A stretch of 64,000 nt of DNA, taken from Octopus sinensis (taxonomy: Eukaryota). This document shows positions 23,900 through 37,103 of the stretch, one piece after another. Position 1 is the first letter of the stretch; every line of letters starts with the position of its first letter. The stretch lies in contig NC_042997.1 of the NCBI RefSeq assembly GCF_006345805.1, positions 171,988,001-172,052,000 of the forward strand, read 5' to 3'. The notes beneath the pieces were generated by a model, which was given only the letters and a program-made list of their open reading frames with translations, was not told the DNA's origin and did not search any database. The translations under genes were made by a program, and so were the position numbers.

Positions 23900-24600
23900 C
23901 CCTATGATAATGTCTATGTTGGATCCCATTGATCTCATCTATGTATTCAAACTACCAACCCATTACAAAAACTATGGCCTCTTACACTTGAACATGATGA
24001 TGCTCCTGACTTAAATCTGGATACTTACAGCATAATTTAACTGTCAACATGTTCGAATACCACTCTCAAGGGGACAGTTGTTTTTATCATCTCCACTATT
24101 TGATTGATACTTATTTTAATGAAGATCTGGAAAAATGAAAAGCAAAGTTGGCCAAGGTAGGATTTGAACTCAGTATTCATTTTAATACCGTAAAATATTT
24201 TGTCAGCTGTCCTACAGGTTCTGCTACACACTACCCTAAATCTAAATATCTATATTCAGGAATTGAAACTGAGCAGCAAATACTTCTAGCCAAGAATTCT
24301 CATCTACTCTACCAGCTCTGTCTGCAATCTGTTGGAATAATGCACAGGAGAAGAGAAAAGAAGAGATAACTAATGGCACTGACCAATTTTAGCCAGTAAA
24401 TTGATCACATCAGTTTATTGATTATTGAACACATAAAAGTAAACTGGTGCCAAACCTTGACTTGTTTGGAGATGCTATTTATCAGAAAATATTTCTTTCT
24501 TGACTCACCAGACAAGAAAGTAAGTCTTTTAACTGTTACTCTATTTCCATCACCTCAGGTTCAGTACAAGATGATCTAACGATATTAGAGCCATCTTTGG
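23900..24600 (+). pseudogene. Very old LINE AP-endonuclease remnant
   Basis: LQKLWPLTLEHDDAPDLNLDTYSII*...KGTVVFII resembles LQETWL...L.L.GY.I.R.DR...GGGV. QFIDY*THKSKLVPNLDLF resembles Q.V..PTH....LDL. Judged by eye. Confidence 0.35.
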
Positions 24601-25014
24601 AATTAACACCTGTAGAAATATAAGGAAATAAATTAAATAAATAAAAAGAGCCAAAGAAATTCAGAAACCAAATATTCATTCCATTGATTTACAACTGAAA
24701 GGAATGGAATGGTGGAATTGAATAAAAGAAGAGAAATGTGAAACTACCAAGATGTGGATAATGAAGGGAGATTTTTGTGGGGGTTGCCAGAATTAGTGGA
24801 TAGATATCTAGTAAATCACACTACTATTTGAAGAAACGAAAGAGAAATTTATGTAGTCCTAAATAACCAAAACAACCAAAAAATAAATGAATAAGGAAAG
24901 GATAGTTATTACTCAAATACCTTAGGTCAATGCTTCTCAACCATTTTTTATCTATGATTCTTGTTTTACTCAGATGTATCCTCCTAGCCGTTTCATGTTT
25001 AAAAAATCCTAGTC

Positions 25015-25404
25015 GGCATAGGAGTGGCTGTGTGGTAAGTAGCTTGCTTACAAACCAGATGGTTCCGGATTCAGTCCCACTGCATGGCACCTTGGACAAG
25101 TGTCTTCTACTATAGCCTCGGGTCGACCAAAGCCTTGTGAGTGGGTTTGGTAGACGGAAACTGAAAGAAGCCCGTCATATATATGTATATGTATGAGTAT
25201 GTGTGTGTGTGTATGTTTGTCCCCCCAACATCACTTGACAACTGATGATGGTGTGTTTACATCCCCGTAGCTTAGCAGTCCGGCAAAAGAGACTGATAGA
25301 ATAAGTACTAGGCTTACAAAGAATAAGTCCAGGGATAGATTTGCTTGACTAAAAGGTTATGCTCCAGCATGGCCACAGTCAAATGACTGAAACAAGTAAA
25401 AGAA
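25015..25404 (+). mobile_element. tRNA-derived SINE, family A
   Basis: Full head, body and tail; inserted in a hAT-like MITE remnant (caatgcttctcaacc at ~24927 ... ggaccccaattgagtac at ~25540). Confidence 0.85.
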
Positions 25405-25951
25405 TATTTTTATAATAAAATGTTATTGGGATTTGGATAAAAATTGTTAAAACATTTTGTGTATTGTAGAAATATAACCAATTTATTGCAATTGAATGTT
25501 AACAACAAAATTTTATATGGACCTCCAAGAGCCATATGGACCCCAATTGAGTACAACTACCTGAGATGGTAGATTGGATCAAATACGAACATTTCATGAA
25601 GTTTCTACATTAATTATGGGCAAACTGCATCCCATGGGACTTTCTTACAAAAAATTACTTTGAATTTCTGTAGTAGAGCCTGATGATGAGTCCCATGTGA
25701 TGCATTTTTCAAAAAGGCTGTCCCTGTTTGCTTTATAAATTCATTCATCCTGAAAGAAATAACAGTCAAATCTTCCTCAAATCACAACCTGCCATCTTAA
25801 AAATGGAAGAACACATTGAACAATGAGGTTCTAACTAAGCAATTAGATGGGATAATCATGTATGAAATATTGTGATTATAGATTTGCTGAAGCATGTTAA
25901 TCTTGAGAGAGTATATACATAGATATTTGACCTGTTAGAAATGGCTACCAA

Positions 25952-26195
25952 AGGCGGCGAGCTGGTAGAAATGTTAGCACACCAGGCGAAATGTTTAGCG
26001 AAATGCTTAGCGGTATGTCATCTGCCATTATGTTCTGAGTTCAAATTCCGCCGAGGTCGACTTTGCCTTTCATCCTTTCAGGGTTGATAAATTAAGTACC
26101 AGTTGCATACTGGGGTCGATGTAATCTACTTAATCCCTTTGTCTGTCCTTGTTTGTCTCCTCTATGTTTAGCTCCTTGTGGCCAATAAAGAAATA
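25952..26195 (+). mobile_element. tRNA-derived SINE, family B (full length)
   Basis: Head ggcggcgagctggtagaaatgttagc, B-box-like gagttcaaattcc, central gactttgcctttcatcctttcagggttgataaattaagtacc. Confidence 0.85.
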
Positions 26196-26637
26196 AGAAA
26201 TGGCTGCCAAATCTCCCTCAAAACACAAAAGCCATCTTGAAAAACACATTTGGATAATGTAGATCTAGATACATGAAAAAAGAAAATGAGATGGTCACAA
26301 TTGGAACACCTTTTTTCATAGGTTTGGCTGATCAGAGATGACTCAGGGTTAGACAATCAACAACAACTATAAATAAAAAGAGCCAAAAAAATTCAAAAAC
26401 AAATATTCATTCCATTGATTTACTTTATGGTTCAACTGAAAGAAGTGGAATGGTGGAATTAAATAAAAGAATAAAAGAAGAGAAATGTGAAACTACCAAG
26501 ATGTGGATAACGAAGAGAGATTTTGTGGGATTGCTTAACTTGTTAGAAATAGTGGATAAATATCCTGTAAATCTCACAACCATTTGAAGAAACAAAAGAC
26601 AAATTAAACAATGTAGTCCTAAATAACCAAACAAGCA

Positions 26638-26670
<33 letters not shown>

Positions 26671-26671
<1 letters not shown>

Positions 26672-27720
26672 GCGGCAAAACACGAGCAAAACAAAAAACT
26701 GTTCTCAGTATTTAAGGAAGCTGACAAATACAAACAGAATCATACCACCTAATAAACATGAAGAAGAAGAAGAAGATGAAGAACAACAAAAGCTATAAAA
26801 CAAATGAAATCCAAACTAAAAATAGAACAGCAACGAACCATGATAAAACGATGACAAGAAAAGCCCCTTCATGGTAAATACTGGACTAAACTAAACGCAA
26901 AAGAAATAGACAAAGAAAAATCCCAGCAATGGTTGAGAAGCTCAGGACTCAAAGCAGAAACAGAGGGATTTTTAATTGCAGCACAAGACCAAAGCCTCCC
27001 CACCAGAAATTACCAAAAACATGTAATGAAAAGAAATATTACAAGTAACTGCAGAATATGTGGAGATGGACAAGAAACAATAAATCATATTATCTCTAGC
27101 TGCCCAGTCCTGGCTAAGAAGGAATATATTCACAGACATGACAGAGTTGGAACCTACATACATTGGAAGCTATGCCAACATTATGGAATAACAACAGAAA
27201 AAAGATGGTATAGGCACACACCAGAAAAGGTCACAGAAAACGAGAAAGCAACCATACTCTGGGATATGCCGATACACACAGATAGAGAAATTAAGGCCAA
27301 CAGACCAGATATAGTTGTCAGAGATCGTGAAGAAAAAAAATGCTTTCTAATTGATGTATCAATACCGGCAGATGACAACGTGTCTCTAAAAGAAATGGAG
27401 AAACTCTCAAAATACAAAGACCTGGAAATAGAGGTAACTAGAATGTGGAATCTGAAAACAGAAACAATTCCTATCATAGTAGGTGCATTAGGCATGATAA
27501 AAAAATATTCAGACAAATACATAACAAAAACACCAGGACTTACAAACACATATAATATACAGAAAATTTGCACTACTAGGCACTGCACACATCCTATGCA
27601 GAACACTTTCCATACAATAACCATCAGAGCATCACAACAAATCACAGCACATACCTAAGGCACACAGAGCTGCGCTCGGTAGTGAAGTGAAAGCACGCTA
27701 TAAAAAATAAAACTACTGAA
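26671..27720 (+). mobile_element. 5'-truncated R4/Dong-clade non-LTR retrotransposon in (TAA)n
   Basis: Flanked by (AAT)n at 26640-26670 and 27719-27742; contains the coding region below. Confidence 0.85.
26933..27658 (+). pseudogene. C-terminal zinc knuckle and restriction-like endonuclease domain (241 aa)
   Basis: CRICGDGQETINHIISSC (CCHC), RHDRV, NRPDIVV..LIDVSIP, EKLSKYKDLEIEV, PIIVGALG. A late frameshift is present. Confidence 0.85.
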
Positions 27721-27742
27721 TAATAATAATAATAATAATAAT

Positions 27743-28090
27743 GAGGCATCTCAAGGCGACTACAGTACCAGTGATTATAGGATCTTTAGGAATGATAAAA
27801 AAAAGGTACTGAAACCTATTTGAAAATGATTCCAGGCTTACCATCCCTACAGGAAGTGCAAAAAATCGTATTAACTGGAACGGCTCATGTACTGAGAAGA
27901 GCATTATCGCTGTGAAAACAACATCCATCCATGGATTTATTTATTTATTAATTTTTATAAATATATTTTTTTTATCTGTGAATTTGCATGTGTAATCTGG
28001 GAATGCATACAATGAGCTTCTCTGCCCTAGGTGTATGGAAAACACTTGGCGAGAAACAGAAGAAAATTTGAAGAAAGAAGGAATAAACAT
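27743..28090 (+). mobile_element. 3' end of a second, divergent R4/Dong-like family
   Basis: Translates HLKATTVPVIIGSLGMIKK...IPGLPSLQEVQKIVLTGTAHVLRRALSL*; the 3'UTR ends in (TAA)n at 28090-28165. Confidence 0.7.
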
Positions 28091-28097
28091 AATAATA

Positions 28098-28145
<48 letters not shown>

Positions 28146-28779
28146 TAATAATAATAATAATAAGGATAAGATAATTATAACTTAAGATAATAATTTGGAT
28201 AGGATAATTATAACTTAGCAAGATGTAGATGATTCACATTTTCATTTAATTCTAGTTAACTTTAATTCTTTCACATATCAGACCTAAATATTCTACCTTG
28301 TTATATGCTCAAACCAGCCAGATTTGGCCTCTTATACCTCCCCTACAATGTCACTCTAAATATAAATAATTACACCATTGAAATCTTGAAACTACAAGCT
28401 GCATGATTAATTTGAATCAATGTGAGTAGATAAGCTTTACATTTGGCAGAGAAAAAAACTGAATTCCAAAGGGATAAGTCAATCATGAACTGATTCCAAC
28501 ATCCAATTATTGATGAATCTAGCTCATCACAGTAAACAATAAAGATTTAGAATATGCTCACTATTTCAACAACTTGTGTAGTGTAATATTTATGCCTTAC
28601 TAAGACAAACCTTTCCATATTCATCACATGTAAAATCATCATGTTCATTAATGCTAGTTAGAACATCATTTCTTTCATTTTTTTTCATTTTTCTTTTGAT
28701 CTTTGCATGCTCCTTTCTCTTTCTTTCAAATTCATTTTTGCCTTCATACACAACATTTTTTCCATTTTTCTCAGTAATG

Positions 28780-29262
28780 CACTAAAACTTCCCAGTCAAT
28801 TGGAACATTTATCGAATAGCCGCTCTCTGTGTTATTGTTGACAGAGCGGCTATTCGAGTATGATTGTTACCAGCATCGCCTTACTTGCACTTATGCCTGT
28901 GCTAGTAGGGTGCCAAGAACACCATCCAAGCGTGGTCATTGTGATCATTGCCAGAGCAGCCAACTGGCTTCTGTACCCGTGGCACATAAAAGGGCACTAT
29001 TCGAGCGTAATCGTTACCAACGTTGCTTCACTAGCACCTGTGTCGGTGGCACGTACAAAAAGATTTGAGCGAGGTCATTGCCAGTACCGCCTGACTGGCC
29101 CCCGTGCAGGTGGCACGTAAAAAGCACCCACTACACTCTCGGAGTGTTTGGCATTAGGAAGGGCATCCAGCTGTAGAAACTCTGCCAGATCAAGACTGGC
29201 AAAACCGTCCAACCCATGCTAGCATGGAAAACGGACGTTAAATGAGGATGATGATGATGATG
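28780..29262 (+). mobile_element. RTE 3'UTR retroposon
   Basis: Modular gtg...ggcacgtaaaaagcac repeats and GAT tail. Confidence 0.75.
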
Positions 29263-29264
29263 AT

Positions 29265-30275
29265 CTTATTCAATCCCGACTCCAGACAATCTTTGTACCT
29301 CATCTTTGGTTTGTGGGACAGACACTTACCTGTCACCAATTCTCCATAAAAAAGTTGTTTAGGCATTCTGTTGTCTGTCATTCTGACTAAGTTTCCCCTC
29401 CATCTCAATCTGTACTGCAATAGTAAAACTTCAATAATGAGGCATTTTCCTCTTTCAAGTACCTCATTGTCTCTCCCAAACATTTTCCAGCTGATTTTCC
29501 AAATCCTTCTAAGATATTGTTGATGAAAATGTTCCATAAGTTTTAAGTTCTTAAGATCCACAGTCCAGGTTTTGCAAGTGTACAATAAAGAGGTTAAGAT
29601 ACATTTATATCTTAATCTTTGTCGCAGTGGAAATACCATGTCCAGACCATAGGCAGTCTTCCAGTTTGCCAAAAGCAAAACCTGCTTTCTGAATCCGTGG
29701 TGACACTTCATCATCAAGATTCGCTGATGTGTTTAGTGTGCTCCCTTAGTAAACAAACTTAGAATCCACAGCAAGTTTTCTCCCATACACAAAGATACCA
29801 GGTTCTATGTATGGCATTCCTGGTGCAAGCTGAAACATGACAACTGTTTTGGCTAGATTTATGATTAAGCCAAATGCCTCACAAGCCATTGAAATTACAT
29901 TCATAAGATTTTGCATGTCCTCCTCAGTATGAGTGACAATATCACACTCAACTGCAAAGGAGAGGTCTCTAATAAGAGTTGAAGATGTCCCTGACTTATC
30001 TGACAGTCTTCTGATGTTAAAGATTTTTCCTGTTGTGCAATATCTGATATGCTTGTTGGTATGGTTGTTGTGTAAAGAAGCCTTCGAAAGCCAATTGAAA
30101 AACTATAGTAAAATAGAGGGTGAAGAGAGTGAGAGCTAGTATGGCACCTTGTTTTACCCTATTTGTAAAAGTGATAGGCTCTGACAGCCTTCCACCAATG
30201 TTGATTCTTACTTCCATGCCATCATGAAACTGTTTCAGAATAGTGAGAAACTTTACCAGGCATCCAAGTCTCCTC
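29265..30275 (-). pseudogene. RTE (BovB-like) LINE reverse-transcriptase remnant
   Basis: KFLTILKQFHDGMEVRINIGGRLSEPITFTNRVKQGAILALTLF; SLLYTCKTW..FHQQYLRRIWKISW; RLRWRGNLVRMTDNRMPKQLFYGEL. Confidence 0.8.
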
Positions 30276-30879
30276 ATATATACATATATACACATATATG
30301 TATGTGTGTATGCATGTATGCAACCAGAGTTGGTTTGTTTACATCCCCTGTAGCTTAGCAGCTTTGCAAAAGTGACAAACAGAAGAAACAGACTTTAAAG
30401 ATAAGCAGTGGGGTTGATTTGTTTGAGTAACCCCTTCAAGGTGGTGCCCCAGCATGGCCACTGTCCAATAACTGAAACAAGTAAAGCATAAAAAGACAAA
30501 AGATATGTGTATGCATGTGTGTGTATGTGAAAAGCTACTATGATGTTGGCTGGTGCCACATAAAACGATGCCACATAAAACGAGAGACGAATATCGATAT
30601 ATCAATATACATGTTAAATGATGATGATGACGATGATTATCATCGTCGTCATCATCATTTAACATCCATCTTCCATGCATGAATGGGTATGACAATTGAC
30701 AAGAGCCAGCCAGGTAGAAAACTACCCTAGGTTACTGTGTTTTGGCAGGGCTTTTATGGCTGGATGCCTTTCCTAACACCAACCCTTCTCCAGAGTGCTT
30801 TTTACATGTATATGTAAATTAATATGTACATTTGTACATTTATATGTGTGTGTGTGTGTATGTATGTATATCAATGATC

Positions 30880-31300
30880 ATCATCGTCATCGTCGTCATC
30901 ATCATCAGCATCGTCATTTAATGTCCATTTCCATGCTGGCATGGGTTGGAAAGTTTGACTGAGGGATGGCCAGATAGAAGGCTGCACCAGGCTCTGATCT
31001 AATCTGGCAGAGTTTCTACAGCTGGATGCCCTTTCTAATGCCAACCACTCCGAGAGTGTAGTGGGTGCTTTTTACATGCCACTAGCACGAGGGCCAATCA
31101 GGCTATACTGGCATCAATCACACTTGAATGGTGCTTTTTACATGCCTCCAACATAGGAGCCTGTCAAGCAGCCCTGGCAATGACCATGCTCGAATGGTGC
31201 TTTTTATGTGCCACCGGCACAGGATCCAGTCAGGTTGCACCAGCCAGAGTCAGGCTGTGTTGGCCAGAGTCAGGTGGCACTGGCCAGAGTCAGGCAGCAC
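30880..31300 (-). mobile_element. RTE 3'-tail retroposon (another at 30650-30800)
   Basis: (CAT)n plus the tail family sequence. Confidence 0.75.
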
Positions 31301-31309
31301 TATCAGATT

Positions 31310-31440
31310 TACATACATACATACATATAAACAGATAGATAGATAGATGGATAGATAGATAGATAGATACATACATACATACATACATACATACAAACAT
31401 ACATACATAAACAGACAGATAGATAGATAGATAGATAGAT

Positions 31441-31471
<31 letters not shown>

Positions 31472-31554
31472 CATACATACATACATACATACATACATAC
31501 ATACACACATACATACATACATACATACATACAAACATACATACATAAACAGAC

Positions 31555-31624
<70 letters not shown>

Positions 31625-31640
31625 ATAGATAGGCAGACAG
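31310..31640. repeat. Alternating (TAGA)n/(TACA)n compound microsatellite
   Basis: Direct reading; contains a duplicated higher-order unit. Confidence 0.95.
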
Positions 31641-31934
31641 ACAGATAGAGAAAGAGACACACGTGCACACGCATGCGCACACACACTCACATACACACAC
31701 ACACACGCACACAAAGGAACAAACACAGAGGTGGGGAGAGAGAGAGAGTGAAATGGTGAAAGTGATTTATGGTAAGCTTATGGCTGAGTGATTTTAGTCA
31801 ATACAGTGATTTAGCTGCAGTCTCTACATTTCAGAGGTAAGTTAAGAATGTGTGTTTACTATAAGCACACACCTGTAGGTTTACATTGCAGATCTGTTTA
31901 TTCTGATATAAATGTAGTGCTTCTCTTGATATGT

Positions 31935-31941
31935 ACATGAG

Positions 31942-31977
<36 letters not shown>

Positions 31978-32131
31978 TGTCTGTGTGTATGTGCGTGCGT
32001 GCATGTGTGCGTATGTGAGTGTGTGTATGTGTATGTGTGCGTGTACATGCTTGTGTGTGTGTGTGTGTTTGTGTGTGTGTGCGTGCGTGCATGTGTGCGT
32101 ATGTGAGTGTGTGTATGTGTATGTGTGCGTG

Positions 32132-32162
<31 letters not shown>

Positions 32163-32460
32163 TGTGTGTGTATGTGTGTGCATATGTGTGTGTGTGTTTG
32201 TGCGTGTGTGTGCATGTTTGTGTGTGTGTATGTGTGTGCATCTGTGTGTGTGTTTGTGTGTGTATGTGCATGTCTGCGCATGTACATGTTTGTGCGTGTA
32301 TGCTTGTTTGTGTGTGTGTGTGTGTGTGCATGTGTGTGTGTGTTATGTGTGTGTATGTGCATGTCTGCGCATGTACATGTTTGTGCGTGTATGCTTGTTT
32401 GTGTGTGTGTGTGTGTGTGCATGTGTGTGCATGTGTGTGTGTGTGTGTGTGCATGTGTGT
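31935..32460. repeat. Complex (TG)n-rich tract with higher-order repeats
   Basis: Direct reading. Confidence 0.95.
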
Positions 32461-32544
32461 TTATTTCAGTTGTACTGGTTGGGTAGGCGCCAGTCAGGAA
32501 ACCTTTATACAACTGCTCAACCTCCTAGAAATAGCAGCCAAAAA

Positions 32545-33570
32545 TTGGTGGTAGTAGTGGTAGTGATGGTGGTGGTGGTGATAGTAACAATGCTTGTTGG
32601 TATGGCTGTTGTGTAAAGATGGTGAAGAGAATGAGTATTGCAGTAGAGTGGTAATGGTGATGATAATTATGGTGGTGGTGGAGATGGTGCTGCTGGTGGT
32701 AGTGGTTATAGGTGAGGACTGTGCAGGTGATGGTGGTAGTGGCTGTTGTTGTTGTTGTTGCTGTTGGTGGTGGTGGTGGTGGTGGTGGTGGTGTTAATGG
32801 CGCTGCTGCTGCTGGTGCTGCTGTTGGTGATGGTGATAGTAGTGGTGGTGGTGATAGCAGCTGTTATTGGTAGTTCTGGTGGTAATGGCTAATGGTGGTG
32901 CTAGCAGTGGTGGTGATGGTGGTGGTCGTGATGGTGATGGTGGTGATGGTGGTGGTGCTAGTGGTGGTAATGGTGGTGGTGGTGGTGATGGTGGTGGTGA
33001 TAGTGGTGGTGATGGTGGTGGTGTTGGTGGTGGTAGTGGTGGTAATGGTGGTGGTGGTGATGGTGGTGGTGATAGTGGTGGTGGTGGTGGTGGTGGTAAT
33101 GGTGGTGATAGTGTGGTGGTGGTGGTGGTGTGATGGTGGTGGTGATAGTGGTGGTGGTGGTGGTGGTGGTGGTGGTGGTGGTGTGATGGTGGTGATGGTG
33201 GTGGTGGTAGTGGTGGTAATGGTGGTGGTGATGGTGGTGGTGATAGTGGTGGTGGTGGTGGTGGTGGTGGTGGTGGTGGTGGTGGTGGTGATGGTGGTGA
33301 TGGTGGTGGTGGTAGTGGTGGTAATGGTGGTGGTGGTGATGGTGGTGGTGATAGTGGTGGTGGTGTGGTGGTAATGGTGGTGATAGTGGTGGCATTGGTG
33401 GTGGTGATGGTGGTGGTGATAGTGGTGGTGGTGATGGTGGTGGTGGTGGTGGTGGTGGTGGTGGTGGTGGTGGTGGTGGTGGTGGTGGTGTGGTGGTGTG
33501 GTGATGGTGGTGGTGTTGGTGGTGGTGGTAATGGTGATTCTGGTAGTAGCAGTAGTGGTGATGGTGGTTG
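32545..33570. repeat. ~1-kb (GGT)n-rich tract
   Basis: Direct reading. Confidence 0.95.
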
Positions 33571-33899
33571 TTCTGGGAGAAATATGATAACAGCATCATT
33601 GTAATGGCATTGGTTGTTGTGAAGGAAACATCCATTACATAGGGGATAGATGGGATGTTTTCTTCACAAACAACATCATTTTTATCTTTTATATATACAT
33701 ATATATATGTTCTTTTTTTTCTCTTTTACTTTATTTCTCCGGAACCTGATCAGATCGATTTACAAATAGGTTTAGTTTCCATTGTTGAAATTCCTCTGAC
33801 GTAGAATTAATATAATTCTCAGAGAGATTGTATAACCTGGACTGATAAAGCAAACACAAATTCAACAGAGGGACTGAGAAGGTCAGGGGCACAGCATCT

Positions 33900-34765
33900 T
33901 TTCCTCTTCTTTTCTCCACGTCTTCCTCTTCATCCTCCTCTCCTTCCTCTTCTTCCTCATTTTCCTTCTTCCTCTTCTTCTCATTCTCTTCCTTTCCTGC
34001 CTCTCCCACTCTCTCTTCTCCTCCTCCTCATACTTCATTCTTCCCCTTTCACTCCTTTGTTTTCTCTTTCTCTTTCTCTCTCTCTCCTTCTCTTCCTCCT
34101 TTTACTTCTTTACTCCTTCCTCTTTTGTTCCTTTGTCCTCTGCCTCATCTTTCCCCTCCACTCCCACTTCTTCTTGCTCCAACTCTTTCTATTCCACCTT
34201 CTCTTCTTCCTCCTCTCTGTCCTGTTCTGCTACTTCCTCATCTTCCTCATCTTCCTACTTTCCTTCTTTTCCGCTTCTTCTTTCTCCTCCTCCTCTTCTA
34301 CTTCTCCCCTACTCCTCTTCCGTCTGCTCTTTCTCCTCCTCCTCCTCCTTTTCTTCTTCTTCTTCTTCCTCATCTTCCTCCTTTTCTTCTTTTCCTCTTC
34401 TTCTTTCTCCTCCTTCTCCTCCTCCTCTTCTACTTCTCCCCTACTCCTCTTCCTTCTTCTCTTTCTCCCCCTTCTCCTCCTCCTTCTTCCTCTTCTTCTT
34501 CTCTTCTCCTTCTTCCCTTTCTCCTTCTCTTCCTCCTCCTCCTCCTCCTCTTCTTCTTCTCTTCTCCTTCTTCCCTTTCTCCTTCTCTTCCTCCTTGTCC
34601 TCCTCCTCTTCTCCTTCCATCTTCCTTCTTCTCTTTCTCCCCCTTCTCCTCCTCCTCTTCTCCTTCCATCTTCCTTCTTCTCTTATCCTTGTCTTCCTCC
34701 TCTCTTCCCCCTTCCTCTCCTTCTTCTTCTTCTCTTCTTTCTCTCCTCCTGCTCTCCATCTCCAC
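33900..34765. repeat. ~860-bp (CTT/CCT)n polypyrimidine tract
   Basis: Direct reading. Confidence 0.95.
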
Positions 34766-35172
34766 TGCCTCCTGGCTAAGCCAAACAGAGATAAATAAAC
34801 AGAGAGAAAATGAAGAGAGATTTGTTGGCATGGATTACACCAGACTGCCAGCATCATTTACACAAAGCAAAATGTAACAGGGATACACTAATAAAACCTC
34901 AAAATTAGCCTTTTAATTGAATTTCGCCAGTAATTTTAGTTAATCAATGCAGTTGGTTGTTAGTGGATAAGATAAATGTTTTTTTGCCCTTAGAGACTTA
35001 TTTAAAGCTCAGATAATTTCCTGTACTGATAAGTTGACTTCGGCAAGCATAAAGCATCAACTGGATGAGGTATGAAATATATGCATAAATTGTGTAACTT
35101 CAAAATGATATTACAGTGGAGTTTGAATAGCATAGGAAGTTGTTTCTTTGACCATGTCGGGGTAAAATGGTA

Positions 35173-35540
35173 GGCGTAGGAGTGGCTGTGTGGTGGTAAG
35201 TAGCTTGCTTACTAACCACATGGTTCCAAGTTCAGTCCCACTGCGTGGCAACTTCTGCTATAGCCTTGGGCCATCCAAAGCCTTGTGAGCAGATTTGGTA
35301 GACAGAAACTGAAAGAAGCCTGCCGTATGTGTGTGTGTGTGTGTTTGTCCCCCACCCACCATCACTTGACAACTGATGTTGGTGTGTTTACCTACCCATA
35401 ACTTAGCAGTTCAGCAAAAGAAACTGATAGAATAAGTAAGTACTAGGCTTACAAAAAATGAGTCCCGGGGTTGATTTGTTCAAATAAAGGTGGTGCTCCA
35501 GCATAGCCACAGTCAAATGACTGACACTAATAAAAGAATA
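35173..35540 (+). mobile_element. tRNA-derived SINE, family A
   Basis: Head and tail recognisable. Confidence 0.85.
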
Positions 35541-36226
35541 TTTGTATATTTGAAATGGCGGTGCCCCAGCATGGCCACAGCTCATAAGCTGAAACTGGAA
35601 AAATCAAATCAAAATCATATGTATATACATAAAATTAAGAAGGAGAGGAGACAAATTCAAAGGTTGATGTATATATTCATTCAATCCATATTAATGAAAT
35701 TCTCCAAGGTATACAATATACATACATAGATGCATTCATCTATATGATATATAAAATTTATAAGAATTTATAAGTGCATACATATACACAAAAATTTATA
35801 AATATATAAAAATTCATAGGCATATAAAAATTTATAAACACATAAAAATTCATAAATATAAATATATAAAAATATAAATCCATAAATGTACCTGCAAAGT
35901 CCAAATGTTCGAATTTGATTCAATGAAGAGGAAGATAAAAAAGCGAATGCAAAATGATTCATAAGGAATCCTAAACATGTATAAATTCTATGTATAAAAT
36001 CTTAGAGCCATTTCGAAAAGGTATAGGCTGCTATGGGTGAGTTAACTCCAACCATGGCAATTCTCTATATTTCTCTCATCAGAGTTAATGGATTCCCAAA
36101 GTTAAAACTTTAAAAGAAATGGTAGGTTAGATGATATTTAAAAACTGAATGTTTAATCAGACCATTCTCTTCAAGCAGATGATGTTAAAGTTATAGTTGC
36201 AGGCTAAAGTGCATTACAATGCTATA

Positions 36227-36611
36227 TCTTTATATATAAAAGCCAAGTTGTGTGTCTGTCTCCTACGATTTAGATTCCTAACTACTCCCACATTTTGCGA
36301 TGCAGTTTAACCAAAACCAGGTATCTTATAGTCGTGATTCATATCGAGCCCTTCTGGGTATTAGCGTGTGTCTATGATGAGTCTACGATTTTAAAAATAA
36401 TTTACCATAATTTTTTTCCATTTTAATGCATTTTATCGCTATTATATAAGGGAAGTAACTCTCTAAAAATGTCTACGATTTTTAAAAAATTCACCATCAT
36501 TTTTTTCCCATTTTTAATGCATTTTTTTGCTATTTTTTGGCTATAACTCTCTAAAATTGCTTTATAGTTATTTCCCTTACAAACCTGAGCAACGCTGGGC
36601 GATACTGCTAG
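36227..36611 (+). mobile_element. Non-autonomous Helitron
   Basis: 5' TC (A|TCTTTATATATAAAA), 3' CTAG|T at 36608-36611 preceded by the GC-rich hairpin cctgagcaacgctggg. Confidence 0.75.
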
Positions 36612-37003
36612 TATAGTATAAAGTTTTAGAAGGATCCATAATATGAAGGAAGGCTAGATTAGGATCCTACAGTTTAATTATTTTTGCATAGATAGATAGA
36701 TAGATAGACAGATAGATAGATAGGTAGATAGATAGATATAATAAGAAATAGGGGTACAATAAGTACCTGTTTGCTTGAAAGAGTAGTTAAAATCCTCCAA
36801 AACCACTCATCTCTCACTATATGTAAACACACACACACATATATATATGTATGTATGAATGTATATGTATATGTAAATATATATATATATGTACATTTAA
36901 ATAATGAGGGAGATAAATTGAATATTAATTTAATTAATACCAATTTAAAACCAGTAGCCTAGCATACAAAAATCTGAAAAATCAGAGAAAATTCTAATAC
37001 ATG

Positions 37004-37103
37004 TGTATATTTAAAGGGCTGAAAACCACTATGTGGACAGCCAGGTGATCTACTTCTAGCATATGGCTGTCCACATAGTGGTTTTTAGCCCTTTAAATAT
37101 ACA
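37004..37103. repeat. 40-bp-stem hairpin (1 G-U pair, 20-nt loop)
   Basis: tgtatatttaaagggctgaaaaccactatgtggacagcca / tggctgtccacatagtggtttttagccctttaaatataca. Confidence 0.95.

Noticed and set aside
24220-24609. Strong-looking splice sites and short ORFs
   Set aside because: Signals occur on both strands with implausibly short introns; better explained as an old AP-endonuclease remnant.
31250-34877. Long ORFs (up to 250 aa) rich in H/T, V/C, G/V or S/F/L
   Set aside because: They are stop-free translations of microsatellites. The same applies to ORFs at 3550-3967, 6516-6865, 18280-19033 and 46343-46850.
36008-36092. Minus-strand CTGATGA, long stem, GAAAT
   Set aside because: Stem III and the cleavage site do not fit; at best a dead relic.
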